DNA of 63,023 nucleotides, the filler included, from Octopus bimaculoides (taxonomy: Eukaryota): NCBI RefSeq assembly GCF_001194135.2. It is 7 parts of 7 records of this genome, joined end to end, with 100 filler letters (N's around TTAATTAATTAA, not from the genome) between each part and the next. Parts side by side here need not be neighbours in the genome. Positions count along the whole stretch, not along the records: positions 4,379 to 13,692 come from NC_069009.1; positions 13,793 to 30,384 come from NC_068996.1; 5 more parts are not named here. The stretch is one strand, 5' to 3'. Shown one piece after another: positions 12,250 to 25,475 of this stretch. Positions within the stretch are counted from its first letter, which is position 1; each line of letters opens with the position of its first letter. The notes beneath the pieces were generated by a model that was not told where the DNA came from, did no database searches, and was given only the letters and a program-made list of their open reading frames with translations. A program made the translations under genes and the position numbers.

Positions 12250-13170
12250 AAGCTTTGTCATGCATTTCCCATCAATATTCTCTGAAAATATATCTGGGTA
12301 TGGGGAAATATTACTTTGCTGGGAAATAGGTGAGGCTTAGTAACAGGATAAACATATTTTATCTGGCTATAAAATATCTGCTTCACTTGGAAAAGTGGAC
12401 AATAAAAGATGAAAATAGATTTGGTGATACAAACAGGAAAATAGAACTCAAAAACTTTAAAGAGATTTATTAATGCAAATCGCATAGGTTTCAAAACTAG
12501 AGGATTTGCCTCATAGAGTTTATAGACAGTTCTGTGCTTCTTTATCATTGCCTGCCAGTCTCCTCTTCTCTGAGGCATTTTCTTAGCCAAAAAACTATTG
12601 CCCCTGGTGTGTATTCATGTGGGATGGTAGTATAATGGTTTACTACATCAAATGAAGCGATTATGATAACCCTGTTAACTTTTTTCAGGAGATGGCCTAA
12701 TAGGTCTAGGTCATCCCTTATTAAACTTGGCCTAAATTTTAAGAGAGGTTTTAACAGTTTATGAAGTGAGTTTCATAGTCTGGGCCTATCACAATCGATC
12801 TTTATTTGAGATCCTTCAAAAAATGGTTATGCAGACTGAGTGGGATTTTTTGCAGGCATCAATTAATTGCTTTATTTTTGTGGATTTTGGGAAGTTCATA
12901 GAAGTTACTGGTATCTAACTATAAAATTTCTTCGATAATCAATTTCTCTATTAGTTAAGCCTTTTCCATGGTTTTTGAGGGTATTAAGTCTCAACATTGT
13001 TTTTGTTTGTTGGTAGTCATTTACTATTTTATAGTGACTGGTGTCTTGAAATAGAATGCAGAATTTTTGTATTGTTCCATATCCATAATAACTACAGCAC
13101 TTCCCTTATCAGCTCGTTTTATAATGTTATTGTTTTTATGGTCATATATTGTTTTCATTATTCTGTTTGA
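12250..13170 (-). mobile_element. Penelope-like reverse transcriptase fossil
   Basis: Minus-strand motifs NIIKRADKGSAVVIMD, SNFYELPKIHK, KPLLKFRPSLIRDDLDLL, ASFDVVNHYTTIPHE; frameshifts and stops. Confidence 0.85.
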
Positions 13171-13186
13171 CTAGTGTTGAATTTTG

Positions 13187-13626
13187 ATGGCACCCGTGCC
13201 AGTGGAGCGCTAACAGCACCATCTGAGCGGGATCACTGCCAGAGCAGTGGTCTCGTTTCCGTGCCGGTGGCACGTAAAGAGCACTATATGAGCATGGTTG
13301 TTTCCAGCTTCACCTTACTGGCACTCATGCCGGTGGCATGTGAACAAAACATTGGACTGACTCCTGTGCAGGTAGCACGTAAAAAAAAACACCATTTGAG
13401 CGTGGCCGTTGCCAGTACCGCCAGACTGGCCCTCATGCCGGTGGCATGTAAAAAGCACCCATAACACTCTCGGAGTGGTTGGCATTAGGAAGAGCATCCA
13501 GCTGTAGAAACTCTGCCAGATCAGATTGGAGCCTGGTGTAGCCATCTGGTTTCACCAGTCCTCAGTCAAATCATCCAACCCATGCTAGCATGGAAAGCGG
13601 ACGTTAAATGATAATGATGATGATGA
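13187..13626 (+). mobile_element. Family D with repeated internal GCCGGTGGCACGTAAA modules
   Basis: Homologous to 4379-4631 with extra module copies. Confidence 0.8.
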
Positions 13627-14079
13627 AGTTAAAGTTCAATTTGATAGAAGGTGAATATAAACTCACAAAATTTGTCTAGTGTTTTGTTTCTTNNNNNNNN
13701 NNNNNNNNNNNNNNNNNNNNNNNNNNNNNNNNNNNNTTAATTAATTAANNNNNNNNNNNNNNNNNNNNNNNNNNNNNNNNNNNNNNNNNNNNGAGAGAGG
13801 GAGAGAGAGGGAGAGATAGGAAGAGAGAGGGAGAGAGGTGAATGAGTTGAAAGTGTCAGATCTCTTGCTGATCAATCAGCTGAGTGCACCTTCATTGAAT
13901 GCGGTTTCGTATTTCCGTGAGTTTAGCTGCATTATCGTCTCTGATGCACGCAATTACTGCAACAAGTGTTTAACATGGAGTTTGTTGCTTGTAGATAGAT
14001 CATCGCTAACATACACACCGAGATATATTTAAAGAAGCGAACCTAAACACGCCCACATGTATTTGTATAGCCGGAGCTA

Positions 14080-14125
<46 letters not shown>

Positions 14126-14192
14126 NNNNNNNNNNNATATATGTATATATGTATATATGTATGTATGTGTGTGTGTGTATAGGTATGTAGTT

Positions 14193-14255
<63 letters not shown>

Positions 14256-14846
14256 CACGCACGCACACATATATCTTTATACAGGCCTTAGACGCTTACG
14301 CATTTACACATACATAGCGCACCACCACTCACATGTTATTGTTGTTGTTTTAGCTAGAAGTATTTCTGTGTTTAAAACTGAGATTGTCAATACAAACCAG
14401 TTAGACTTACCATAATCGTTTATTTTATACTCAGCAGGAATCACGTAAAATGAAACTAATTGGTTGTAAGTGAGTGCTGTGAGTGTTGTGGGTGTTGAAG
14501 AATAAGTTACTATTATAACATTTAAACGTGGACATTTTTATTTTTTATACTTTTATGTATATATATTTATATATTCTCTTTTTTTTATACCTCTCCAAAT
14601 GTTTGCCATTTCTCTCTTAAACTGGAGTATTATTTACGGTTCTTCTTTATTCTGCTAACACTTCACCCCCAACACCCGCACCGAAACAACTTTTTTTATA
14701 GTCTTCAACTACGATACCCTCTTTTCTCTTTTTGTCAGTACCTCTTTCACTCTTTCTCTCTCCCTATGTTCATTATTCGCCCTATCTGTCTGTTTGTTAG
14801 TCTCTGTCTGTTTGTTTCTGTCTGTCTCTTTCTCTTCTCTTTCTCT

Positions 14847-14972
14847 CTTGCATATATGCCTCAATAGTCTCTCTCTCTCTTTCTTGCATATCTGCCTCAA
14901 TAGTCTCTCTCTCTCTTTCTTGCATATCTGCCTCAATAGTCTCTCTCTCTCTTTCTTGCATATCTGCCTCAG
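14847..14972. repeat. 36-bp minisatellite x about 3.5
   Basis: CTTGCATATCTGCCTCAATAGTCTCTCTCTCTCTTT units. Confidence 0.9.
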
Positions 14973-14987
14973 TACGCTCTTTCTCTT

Positions 14988-15030
<43 letters not shown>

Positions 15031-17649
15031 GTATGTGTGTGTTTTCACTGGCTTGTTCTCAGTTTTCCTATGTCTCTATCCTATATTTTTGAATAAGCAA
15101 AAAGAGCAAACCAAGAGAGTCATATCTAGAATACTTTTCAACATATCTACTAGATCAGGATCGAATTGACATTAAACAACAACAATATGAGACACGATAA
15201 ACACTATGACTACTCACAGGAATATCTTATATGTGTTTATCTGTGTGTGAGTGTGTGTGAGTGTGTGTCTGTGTGCGAGTGTATGTGTATGTGTGCGAGT
15301 GTACATTTTTTTTTTTTGTTCCGGTTTATTTACGTCCCCGTAATCTAGCGGTTTAGCAAAATAGACCGCTTGTCAATCTGCTGCAGGAATCCATTCGGTT
15401 TTCTTTAGAGATTTTATTTACGAATAAAAGATTCTAAGTTACATGCTATATCGACGAGATGAACTGCTTTGAGATTTGTGTTTCCTGTGAGTGATAAAAA
15501 GGCGGTTTATACTGTAATGACGGCTAACTATATTTTTTACGCAACAAATACCACCGACTAATGACCACTAAATAAGCTAATGATTTAGAAAAAATAAAGA
15601 AAGAATCTACTTACCTCATAACAGACACTTCAAAACATCTCGCTTGTAGGAAACTCGAATTTAATTCATTAGATGTCAAGCAATTCATCCGCAGTCATTA
15701 AAAGTTATTCAAATACATTGAGCGATGAAATGTACATATAATTCACTTGAGTATTTATCTACAAGGTGCAACCGAATTAAACTGTTCAAACAATCTAAAT
15801 CTTGCAATTAAAATATGTACATTGTTCAGCTAATATGTCGATTGTACAAATGCAATCAATATAGCTTGTATTCATTTGTGTCAGCTCGACGTGTGAGACA
15901 TAGGAGCCAAATTTTCCTTATTCGACATATCACTGTCTCACAAGGCAGGAAGAACACATACGGAAACTTTTTTCCGAAACTACCGTACAGTAACTGCAAC
16001 ATATTAATAATAATAATAATAATAATAACAAAAACGGTTTCATTATGGGTGTAATAATAACTGAGATCATATATGTACTCCACTAAGGACTGACGTACGT
16101 GAAAGTAATAGTCAATAGCATATATTTGAGGAGATAATTACATACACATATAACCTGAAGTATATTCAACACATTCACGCTGTTGTTATAGAGGTGTGTG
16201 TGTGTGTGTGTGTGTGTACTTTAACAGTAGCAGAATCACCATCCCATTACATCTACACATTCAAAGCAGTTTGCCATCGGTCCTTCAGCAATAAACCGCT
16301 AAGTTAAGCTTAGTGGCTGCTTCTAACTTTCAGACAGAGAGGATGCCCTTGAAACTGAGAATTTGGACTTACGGAGACAATATTTAAGTATCGCCTGAGG
16401 AAACAGAACTGGATCTCATAATGCAGGGAAACGGTTGCATAATCAAGTATTTGCACGCCTGGAGAACTACCTTGAATAGAAACAATTGTAGTGATTGAAA
16501 ATAAAATGTCCGACCGTACCCCTTCTTGTTGACTCTAAATTTTTTCTATTTTATATATATATATATATAAAGACAACAAACTGAAAATTTGACGAACCTA
16601 TATATATATATATATATATATATCTTGTGCAGACGCTCTCAGGCGATAAATAGGCTAGTCTAATACGTATAAATAGCTAGACGANNNNNNNNNNNNNNNN
16701 NNNNNNNNNNNNNNNNNNNNNNNNNNNNNNNNNNNNNNNNNNNNNNNNNNNNNNNNNNNNNNNNNNNNNNNNNNNNNNNNNNNNNNNNNNNNNNNNNNNN
16801 NNNNNNNNNNNNNNNNNNNNNNNNNNNNNNNNNNNNNNNNNNNNNNNNNNNNNNNNNNNNNNNNNNNNNNNNNNNNNNNNNNNNNNNNNNNNNNNNNNNN
16901 NNNNNNNNNNNNNNNNNNNNNNNNNNNNNNNNNNNNNNNNNNNNNNNNNNNNNNNNNNNNNNNNNNNNNNNNNNNNNNNNNNNNNNNNNNNNNNNNNNNN
17001 NNNNNNNNNNNNNNNNNNNNNNNNNNNNNNNNNNNNNNNNNNNNNNNNNNNNNNNNNNNNNNNNNNNNNNNNNNNNNNNNNNNNNNNNNNNNNNNNNNNN
17101 NNNNNNNNNNNNNNNNNNNNNNNNNNNNNNNNNNNNNNNNNNNNNNNNNNNNNNNNNNNNNNNNNNNNNNNNNNNNNNNNNNNNNNNNNNNNNNNNNNNN
17201 NNNNNNNNNNNNNNNNNNNNNNNNNNNNNNNNNNNNNNNNNNNNNNNNNNNNNNNNNNNNNNNNNNNNNNNNNNNNNNNNNNNNNNNNNNNNNNNNNNNN
17301 NNNNNNNNNNNNNNNNNNNNNNNNNNNNNNNNNNNNNNNNNNNNNNNNNNNNNNNNNNNNNNNNNNNNNNNNNNNNNNNNNNNNNNNNNNNNNNNNNNNN
17401 AGAGAGAGAGAGAGAGATGACAAAGGAATCTTATAATAGTTCTGCTTCTTCTTCTGTTAATCAGGCCGCTCGTTACGCTTTCACATGATTAGTTGAAGGA
17501 GAAGGGGAGTGGTGTGAGTCAAGTCTATAAAATTGTGCATAAAGTATATATATAAAGTATATATATATATATATATATAAAGTGCATTAAGTAATCATCG
17601 TATTCCAATTTCCTTCACTTTTCAATGAGTAGCAGATGAGCGATTATCT

Positions 17650-18180
17650 TTTGATGGAGACACGACACAGGCTACACTTTCGAGTTTTTTTGGATAAAAT
17701 TTCCAGTAATAACCCAATAGGTTTACCATTACTTCCGTGAAATGTCCACGGGTTCTGCTAGTAAATGATTATCTTATGAAATTCATTTGCTTACAGTTGT
17801 TTCTGCTATCAGATACAGTGGACTCATAATTCACCGCAATGGACTCATATATTGCGGTGAATTATTCTCTGCAGAATTGTTTCCGGAATTTGGCGCGCTA
17901 AGGCTGAGGCATTTTGAAAAATAACCCCAATATAATCGGTAGAACTGTACGCAAGACAATTCGTGTATAGTTCTGCAAATTATATTGATTCTAGAACGAT
18001 TGTGCTGATGAGAACACGGATGTTACGTAAATAATGTTCGAAACCGGTACACAATTCTTTATTCTGTATATTTCTCATTTTGTCTTGTTCTGGTGTTTTG
18101 CGAAATTTTTTTCTTGAGAACATTATTTTTCTTTGTGGTTGGGTCGTTGATGACGTCTTTCTAGCATATAGGATGTCCAC
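17650..18180 (+). mobile_element. Penelope-like element terminal repeat remnant (GIY-YIG C-terminus, 3' UTR, hammerhead)
   Basis: 17657-17740 translates ETRHRLHFRVFWIKFSSNNPIGLPLLP*, resembling the PLE end motif RE-x-FWI-x-KL-x-T-x-x-P-x-GLN; a hammerhead follows about 270 nt later. Confidence 0.55.
17999..18055 (+). ncRNA. Type I minimal hammerhead ribozyme
   Basis: Stem I ATTGTG(17999-18004)/CACAAT(18050-18055); core CTGATGA 18005-18011; stem II GAACA/TGTTC (18012-16/18035-39); GAAA 18040-43; palindromic stem III ACCGGT; cleavage triplet GTA ending at 18049. Confidence 0.85.
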
Positions 18181-18699
18181 TTAGTGGTCATCCCTTCTTA
18201 TACACATGTAATACAATTTTTCTGAATTTTCAGATTTTTTTATATGCTAAGCTACTTGGTTTTAAATTGAATTAATATTCANNNNNNNNNNNNNNNNNNN
18301 NNNNNNNNNNNNNNNNNNNNNNNNNNNNNNNNNNNNNNNNNNNNNNNNNNNNNNNNNNNNNNNNNNNNNNNNNNNNNNNNNNNNNNNNNNNNNNNNNNNN
18401 NNNNNNNNNNNNNNNNNNNNNNNNNNNNNNNNNNNNNNNNNNNNNNNNNNNNNNNNNNNNNNNNNNNNNNNNNNNNNNNNNNNNNNNNNNNNNNNNNNNN
18501 NNNNNNNNNNNNNNNNNNNNNNNNNNNNNNNNNNNNNNNNNNNNNNNNNNNNNNNNNNNNNNNNNNNNNNNNNNNNNNNNNNNNNNNNNNNNNNNNNNNN
18601 NNNNNNNNNTGTGTGTGTGTGTGTGTGTGTGTGTTATTTGTATTTAATTCTTATTTATATTTGTAAATCACATGTCCAGTTTTTTTTTCTTTTGTATGT

Positions 18700-19510
18700 A
18701 TGAAGGAGCTACTCCGCGTCGGACACCGAAGTGATATTTGATCCCTTTATAGAGTGTTTGGGTGTCAGTTTGGTGTCTGGAATGGGATAGCTTACCTCAT
18801 GGGCAGGTAGAAGCTCGTTAGCCTTGGTTGGCAACCTATCTAGCAGAAGGAAATCCCCGAAATAAAACTCGAAGTCTTGGAAGTACCTGGTTTTGTCAAT
18901 TTTCATGTCACATCGGTGAATATCTTCTTGGGCCAATAAGTGGGGGTAGTGCAGTGCAAGCTACACCCACTGAAAATTATTCATCTGCACAATTACTTCC
19001 TGTACACCAAATCTTACTAAAATCATTGAATTAGTTGGTTGACAAAAACCTAAAAATGCACTTGTAACTTACTCTAAAATGTCTCAAACAGATTCAGTAA
19101 ATGGCAAAACGTCGGGGAAACAGGTCTGGCTCAGCAGGTGTCCCAGTGTATCACAGGTTGGGCACGGTCGTCATCCTGCCACTGTGTAAAAATAAACATC
19201 CTTTGAATTTTGGTTGTTGGAACGTGTGCACACTCCTTGATGATGATTTCAACAAGAGAAAGGCGTACTGCACTGATTGCATGTGAGCTTAAGAAATATA
19301 GTTGCGCTCTCTAAAACTCGTCTCTCTGGCGAGGGCCAAATGCATGAACCTACTTATGGATATACTATTTTTTGGACAGGCCTACCTGAGGGTTACCGTA
19401 GTGAATCTGGTGTTGGGTCTGCTCTCAAGAATTCATTAGTATCCTCCATTGCAGACCTTCCAACTAGTATAACTGAATGAACCATGTCATGCCGTATAAA
19501 ACTGACAAAA
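18700..19510 (+). mobile_element. RTE-clade LINE 5' end (UTR and APE endonuclease N-terminus), degraded
   Basis: LNFGCWNVCTLL..., TALIACEL, VALSKTRLSGEGQMHEPTYGYTIFWTG, ESGVG, frameshifted. Upstream GGTTGGCAACCTATCTAGCAGAAGGAAAT resembles RTE 5' UTRs. Confidence 0.85.
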
Positions 19511-20406
19511 GGTAGGTTTCCTATCATAGATAGATACATACAGACATACCTACATATATACATGCATACATACATGAATACATACNNNNNNNNNNNNNNN
19601 NNNNNNNNNNNNNNNNNNNNNNNNNNNNNNNNNNNNNNNNNNNNNNNNNNNNNNNNNNNNNNNNNNNNNNNNNNNNNNNNNNNNNNNNNNNNNNNNNNNN
19701 NNNNNNNNNNNNNNNNNNNNNNNNNNNNNNNNNNNNNNNNNNNNNNNNNNNNNNNNNNNNNNNNNNNNNNNNNNNNNNNNNNNNNNNNNNNNNNNNNNNN
19801 NNNNNNNNNNNNNNNNNNNNNNNNNNNNNNNNNNNNNNNNNNNNNNNNNNNNNNNNNNNNNNNNNNNNNNNNNNNNNNNNNNNNNNNNNNNNNNNNNNNN
19901 NNNNNNNNNNNNNNNNNNNNNNNNNNNNNNNNNNNNNNNNNNNNNNNNNNNNNNNNNNNNNNNNNNNNNNNNNNNNNNNNNNNNNNNNNNNNNNNNNNNN
20001 NNNNNNNNNNNNNNNNNNNNNNNNNNNNNNNNNNNNNNNNNNNNNNNNNNNNNNNNNNNNNNNNNNNNNNNNNNNNNNNNNNNNNNNNNNNNNNNNNNNN
20101 NNNNNNNNNNNNNNNNNNNNNNNNNNNNNNNNNNNNNNNNNNNNNNNNNNNNNNNNNNNNNNNNNNNNNNNNNNNNNNNNNNNNNNNNNNNNNNNNNNNN
20201 NNNNNNNNNNNNNNNNNNNNNNNNNNNNNNNNNNNNNNNNNNNNNNNNNNNNNNNNNNNNNNNNNNNNNNNNNNNNNNNNNNNNNNNNNNNNNNNNNNNN
20301 NNNNNNNNNNNNNNNNNNNNNNNNNNNNNNNNNNNNNNNNNTATATATGCATGTATATGTACACACACACAGATGTGCGCTCGCATAAGCACACACTCAC
20401 TCTCTC

Positions 20407-20445
<39 letters not shown>

Positions 20446-21435
20446 ATACACACATATCAAGCAGTTACTCATATACAAGATATTGTCATTGAATATGCGT
20501 TACGTTACACATACGGGCAACATCTGGTGTCCCAAGTGCGTTGATACTATTAATTCGATAAACTGAACATAAAATGCATTAATGTTTGAAAACACAATCA
20601 GTAATACAAGAAATGTTACTGACATTTCTGATAGTGTCACTTACATTTATACACACGCATCCCTTGTCAAACTGTACATATATATATATATANNNNNNNN
20701 NNNNNNNNNNNNNNNNNNNNNNNNNNNNNNNNNNNNNNNNNNNNNNNNNNNNNNNNNNNNNNNNNNNNNNNNNNNNNNNNNNNNNNNNNNNNNNNNNNNN
20801 NNNNNNNNNNNNNNNNNNNNNNNNNNNNNNNNNNNNNNNNNNNNNNNNNNNNNNNNNNNNNNNNNNNNNNNNNNNNNNNNNNNNNNNNNNNNNNNNNNNN
20901 NNNNNNNNNNNNNNNNNNNNNNNNNNNNNNNNNNNNNNNNNNNNNNNNNNNNNNNNNNNNNNNNNNNNNNNNNNNNNNNNNNNNNNNNNNNNNNNNNNNN
21001 NNNNNNNNNNNNNNNNNNNNNNNNNNNNNNNNNNNNNNNNNNNNNNNNNNNNNNNNNNNNNNNNNNNNNNNNNNNNNNNNNNNNNNNNNNNNNNNNNNNN
21101 NNNNNNNNNNNNNNNNNNNNNNNNNNNNNNNNNNNNNNNNNNNNNNNNNNNNNNNNNNNNNNNNNNNNNNNNNNNNNNNNNNNNNNNNNNNNNNNNNNNN
21201 NNNNNNNNNNNNNNNNNNNNNNNNNNNNNNNNNNNNNNNNNNNNNNNNNNNNNNNNNNNNTATATATATATATATATGTACGTACACCGGCATATGTGTG
21301 TGTTTGTGTTTAGTCTGTGTGTAAAAAATTATACACACACATACATAAGCTTGCATGTACTCCTAGGAATTCATCTTCTTAGAAGATGTGAAAACTGTAT
21401 CCATAAGAAGACAGTCCCATAAAGTAAAGATATAT

Positions 21436-21495
<60 letters not shown>

Positions 21496-21859
21496 CCTTT
21501 AAGAATGCTAAATTTTATGCATATACGCATATATTAGCCTGCAACAGAAGGCATTACTTGATTGTTCATTTTGCTAGAGATACAAAACAATTTCTCCTTC
21601 AATCGATTTTCTAGCGTGTTAATTTATTCATTAAAATCATTCTTTAGCCCTCTGGTAAAATTGAATTCATGCACCTATACATTTAGTAATGTAGAATTGT
21701 TAGGACACGTGTATACGCACAGATACACACATACATTCACATACAGATGCGAACACGTACATACACACACATATATTTATGCATGCAGACAAAAGTGCAT
21801 TGCTTCCAAATCTAGGAAAGATGGTGTTCCTTAACTCACAGGTATCTTCGGTTTTATCT

Positions 21860-22170
21860 AGCAAAAAATTCTTTTCGGCTGAATAGCTATGTAGTCACTT
21901 TCAAACACGCTCTAACTTCCGATCCATTGACAGGCTGTCGCGATTTTTTTCCTTTTCTGTTGCTTTTATAATAGCATCTGCTTTTCAAAACTGGTTGACC
22001 TCGTGCTATCTACACTCAACACCCAGTTTTCGCCCGTCTCTCCGCTTCCCATCAATCCTATTCTGCAGAAAGAACTACATACAAGAAATAACCGATATGT
22101 ACAGTCCCACATCCCGAAATGTCGCTCCTCTAATAACTCATTCCTGCTTATGGCTTTCCAATAATAACTG
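21860..22170 (+). mobile_element. Old CR1/L2-group LINE 3' ORF fragment
   Basis: Broken translation H*QAVA...FYNSICFSKLVDLV...HIPKCRSSNNSF resembles HRR-x-VASL-x-x-FY...CS-x-EL-x-x-LVP...P-x-CR...SF. Confidence 0.4.
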
Positions 22171-24079
22171 ATTTGTAACTGTTAAAGTGAAACGCCATCT
22201 TACATTCTGTTGCAGAAGGCCTGTGAAGATCATTGGAACCGTTTCATCTTAATAGATTACTAAGTAAAATTTAGCAGTTGAATAGAAAATAGATTCCTTC
22301 GATATTTCTAAATAGCTCCCATTTCTTTTCCTGCGACAGCACCATCTCATAAATGTTGGTACTGACTAAACAGGTTGGTACACCAGCAGATAATAGGCAC
22401 CCGGCGCGACATTTGACCTATCTAAACATATTCGAGAAGAGTTGCCGACATTGTTCTAAAAGCAAACTTTTACTGTGTTATATTATTTAATATATTAAAG
22501 GAGTGACATCGCTAAGAACTTCCAACATTACTTATTCATTTACTCAATTCATTTGGATTAAAGTGCTCTGATTAATTATTGCATAATTGATAGAATTTAA
22601 ATGTGTAAAGATAGCCATAATCTCTGTGGCAACGATCATAGCCTATAAATACTCAAATAGAAACAGAATAAGATAAAATATATATAGAGAAAATGGTCGA
22701 CAGATTGACAGGAAGACGGAATTGACATAAATAAATAAATATGTATACTAGCTTAATGAAAAAGTTTAGGCAATAAGCAGTGTTATACTAAAGATATACG
22801 TTTGTGAATTTATGCTCTTTAAATATCGAAATTTAGAGAAATGAGTTATATAGAATTAATGAAATTACAAGCTGAAAGGCCAGAGATATTTGAGAAAGGG
22901 TATCGGAACAAATATCCCTTGAAAAAAAAAAAAAAAACGACAAAAATTCATGAAACTCAGAATTTCCATTAATTAATATTATCACATTATGAATAAGCAC
23001 ATCAATTGAAATCATGCAATCTTCATAGTTTGGTTAAGCCACTACTACAATAATTCAAAAGTATGTGAGTATTAACAACATGTTGAAAGCATTATAACGA
23101 ATTAGTAGGGTCATAAATGTTAAATAATTTATAAGATTATATCAAATTATCAAGAATTATAAGGTCCATAACTAAGGACAATGAAGCAAATGCTAGAAAG
23201 ATATCACCTAAGGCTAGAAGCAAACTGAATGAAGTTATTAAATGATATTATATAAAATATGTTATATAAAATTACAGTCATTTGTCGTTAGAACTAAAGG
23301 TTGACGAGAATATCTTAAATATGGTTAGTTGTATATATTTATGGTATTAATAGTTTTAAGACACACTAAGTTACCTAACTATAATCCATGAATATCATTA
23401 ATTGTAATTAAAGTTAATATTGTAGGGTTATAGATAGGTACCTAGCGCTCAAGGAAGACTTTATAGAATCGGTTTAAAGTACAAGTTCTAGGATAGAATG
23501 CGGTCACTTTATCTGATTTATAAATAGCATCACCCTTGCCCTTTAAGATTTCCAAGAATGAATTCCAAATAACAGAGATTGTGACGATATCCATTATGTC
23601 TGGCGAGGCTCCACATAAGATGAAAATCAGTTTGCATGTCACTTAGCTTCGCGCAGAGAATAATTTGATTTTCGCTTTAACTCTCATTCCAAAGGTAGGA
23701 CGATGATCATGTATTTATTCGATTAAAAAAATGGAAGAAATGGTCGCTACATAAGTGAAAATATGTGGATTAGTTTTGATATTACATTTATTTGCAATGT
23801 TTCTGATCAGCATTTATTTCCTAGCGGGCATTCAAATTTCTTCTCACAATAACATAATCTAGTTAACGTCGGGATGGAAATATTGTAGATTACGTAACTG
23901 ATATCACTATGCAGTAGATGGGCTATGATCAATAGAATTGGTATGTGCATTATCCACTTCATCAACAGTTATATTACCATAATTCGTACTGCAGTTATCA
24001 TAAATATCATTAAATTCTCCAAGCGTTCCAGAATGGTCGTTCTCATTATCACTGCTTTTGTTATCGTTGTAATTATTCT

Positions 24080-24287
24080 TTTCTACTCTAGGTACAAGGC
24101 CCGAAATTTTGGGGGAGAGGGCCAGTCGATTAGATCGACCCCAGTACGCAGCTGTACTTAATTTATCGACCCCGAAAGGATGAAAGGCAATGTCGACCTC
24201 GGTGGAATTTGAACCTAGAATGTAAAGGCAGACGAAATACCGCTAAACATTTCGCACGGCGTGCCAACGTTTCTGCCAGCTCACAGC
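24080..24287 (-). mobile_element. SINE family B
   Basis: Family B core. Confidence 0.85.
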
Positions 24288-24672
24288 CCTATTATGGTTG
24301 TAATTATTGCCATAAATATTATTACAATTCATACCAGTACATCTTGTATTATTACAACTGTTGCTGTTGTTCTTATTAGTATACGAATTGTTAAACTTAC
24401 AATGGTTATTCCTTATAATATTACTATAGTAGATATCATTTTTAACGCAATTATCCTTACGATTATTGTAATTATCATTATTATTATTCTCGGCATCATT
24501 ACCGTTCTTAGTATTGTTATTATTACTATCATTACAATTAACCTCTTCACCGTTATCATTACACTTGTCATCATTGCTACTACCACTATTATTACTTTTG
24601 TTGTAGCTTCGTATCGCAGGAGTGTCGGGGAGTACAGTAATAGGTAGTGCAGTTACTAGTATTATTATTATT

Positions 24673-25220
24673 GAGTGAGAGAGCAGTGCATGCAATCAAA
24701 GTGACACTGGGGTAAAATATACGAAGCCCAATATACCCATCATGACTACCCGTCTGATAAGGGTACACCAGGCACATGCATCACAACCATATGTGCGCAA
24801 CACAATGATCTCATATAAAGATGAACAGCGCATGACATCGCAGGTGGGACCCAGTTAGAATTTTCTTCAAGTCGAGTAGCCCAATCCACTCAAAAGGTCC
24901 CTGAATAAGGTTTGTTTAACGATGTTGAGCAAAACACCCATGTTTCCAAAGGTGAATTATTCAAACCCAAAGAATTCCTCTGAACACATGGCTATGATGC
25001 TCCCCCACTACTTCTGCTCATGATCAGAGATGCACATATCGTCAGCCACCAAGAGACATGCTCAACTGGTTAAGGTCAAACAACTGACAAGCAAATCTGT
25101 GGTATTAAGCAGAATATTTACTGTATCCCATCTTTTTATACCAAGACAAAACAACGTACATGATAACACTTCCAATCTGAAGCCATGAGAGCCACTGCTT
25201 GGTACTGCATCCGGGCATTT
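24673..25220 (-). mobile_element. About 550-bp non-coding retroelement embedded in an (ATT)n tract
   Basis: Complex sequence flanked on both sides by (ATT)n in the same orientation; no ORF; recognised as a recurrent octopus repeat. Confidence 0.55.

Positions 25221-25475
<255 letters not shown>

Noticed and set aside
23925-24695. Asn/Asp-rich minus-strand ORFs
   Set aside because: Degenerate (ATT)n microsatellite plus SINE sequence.
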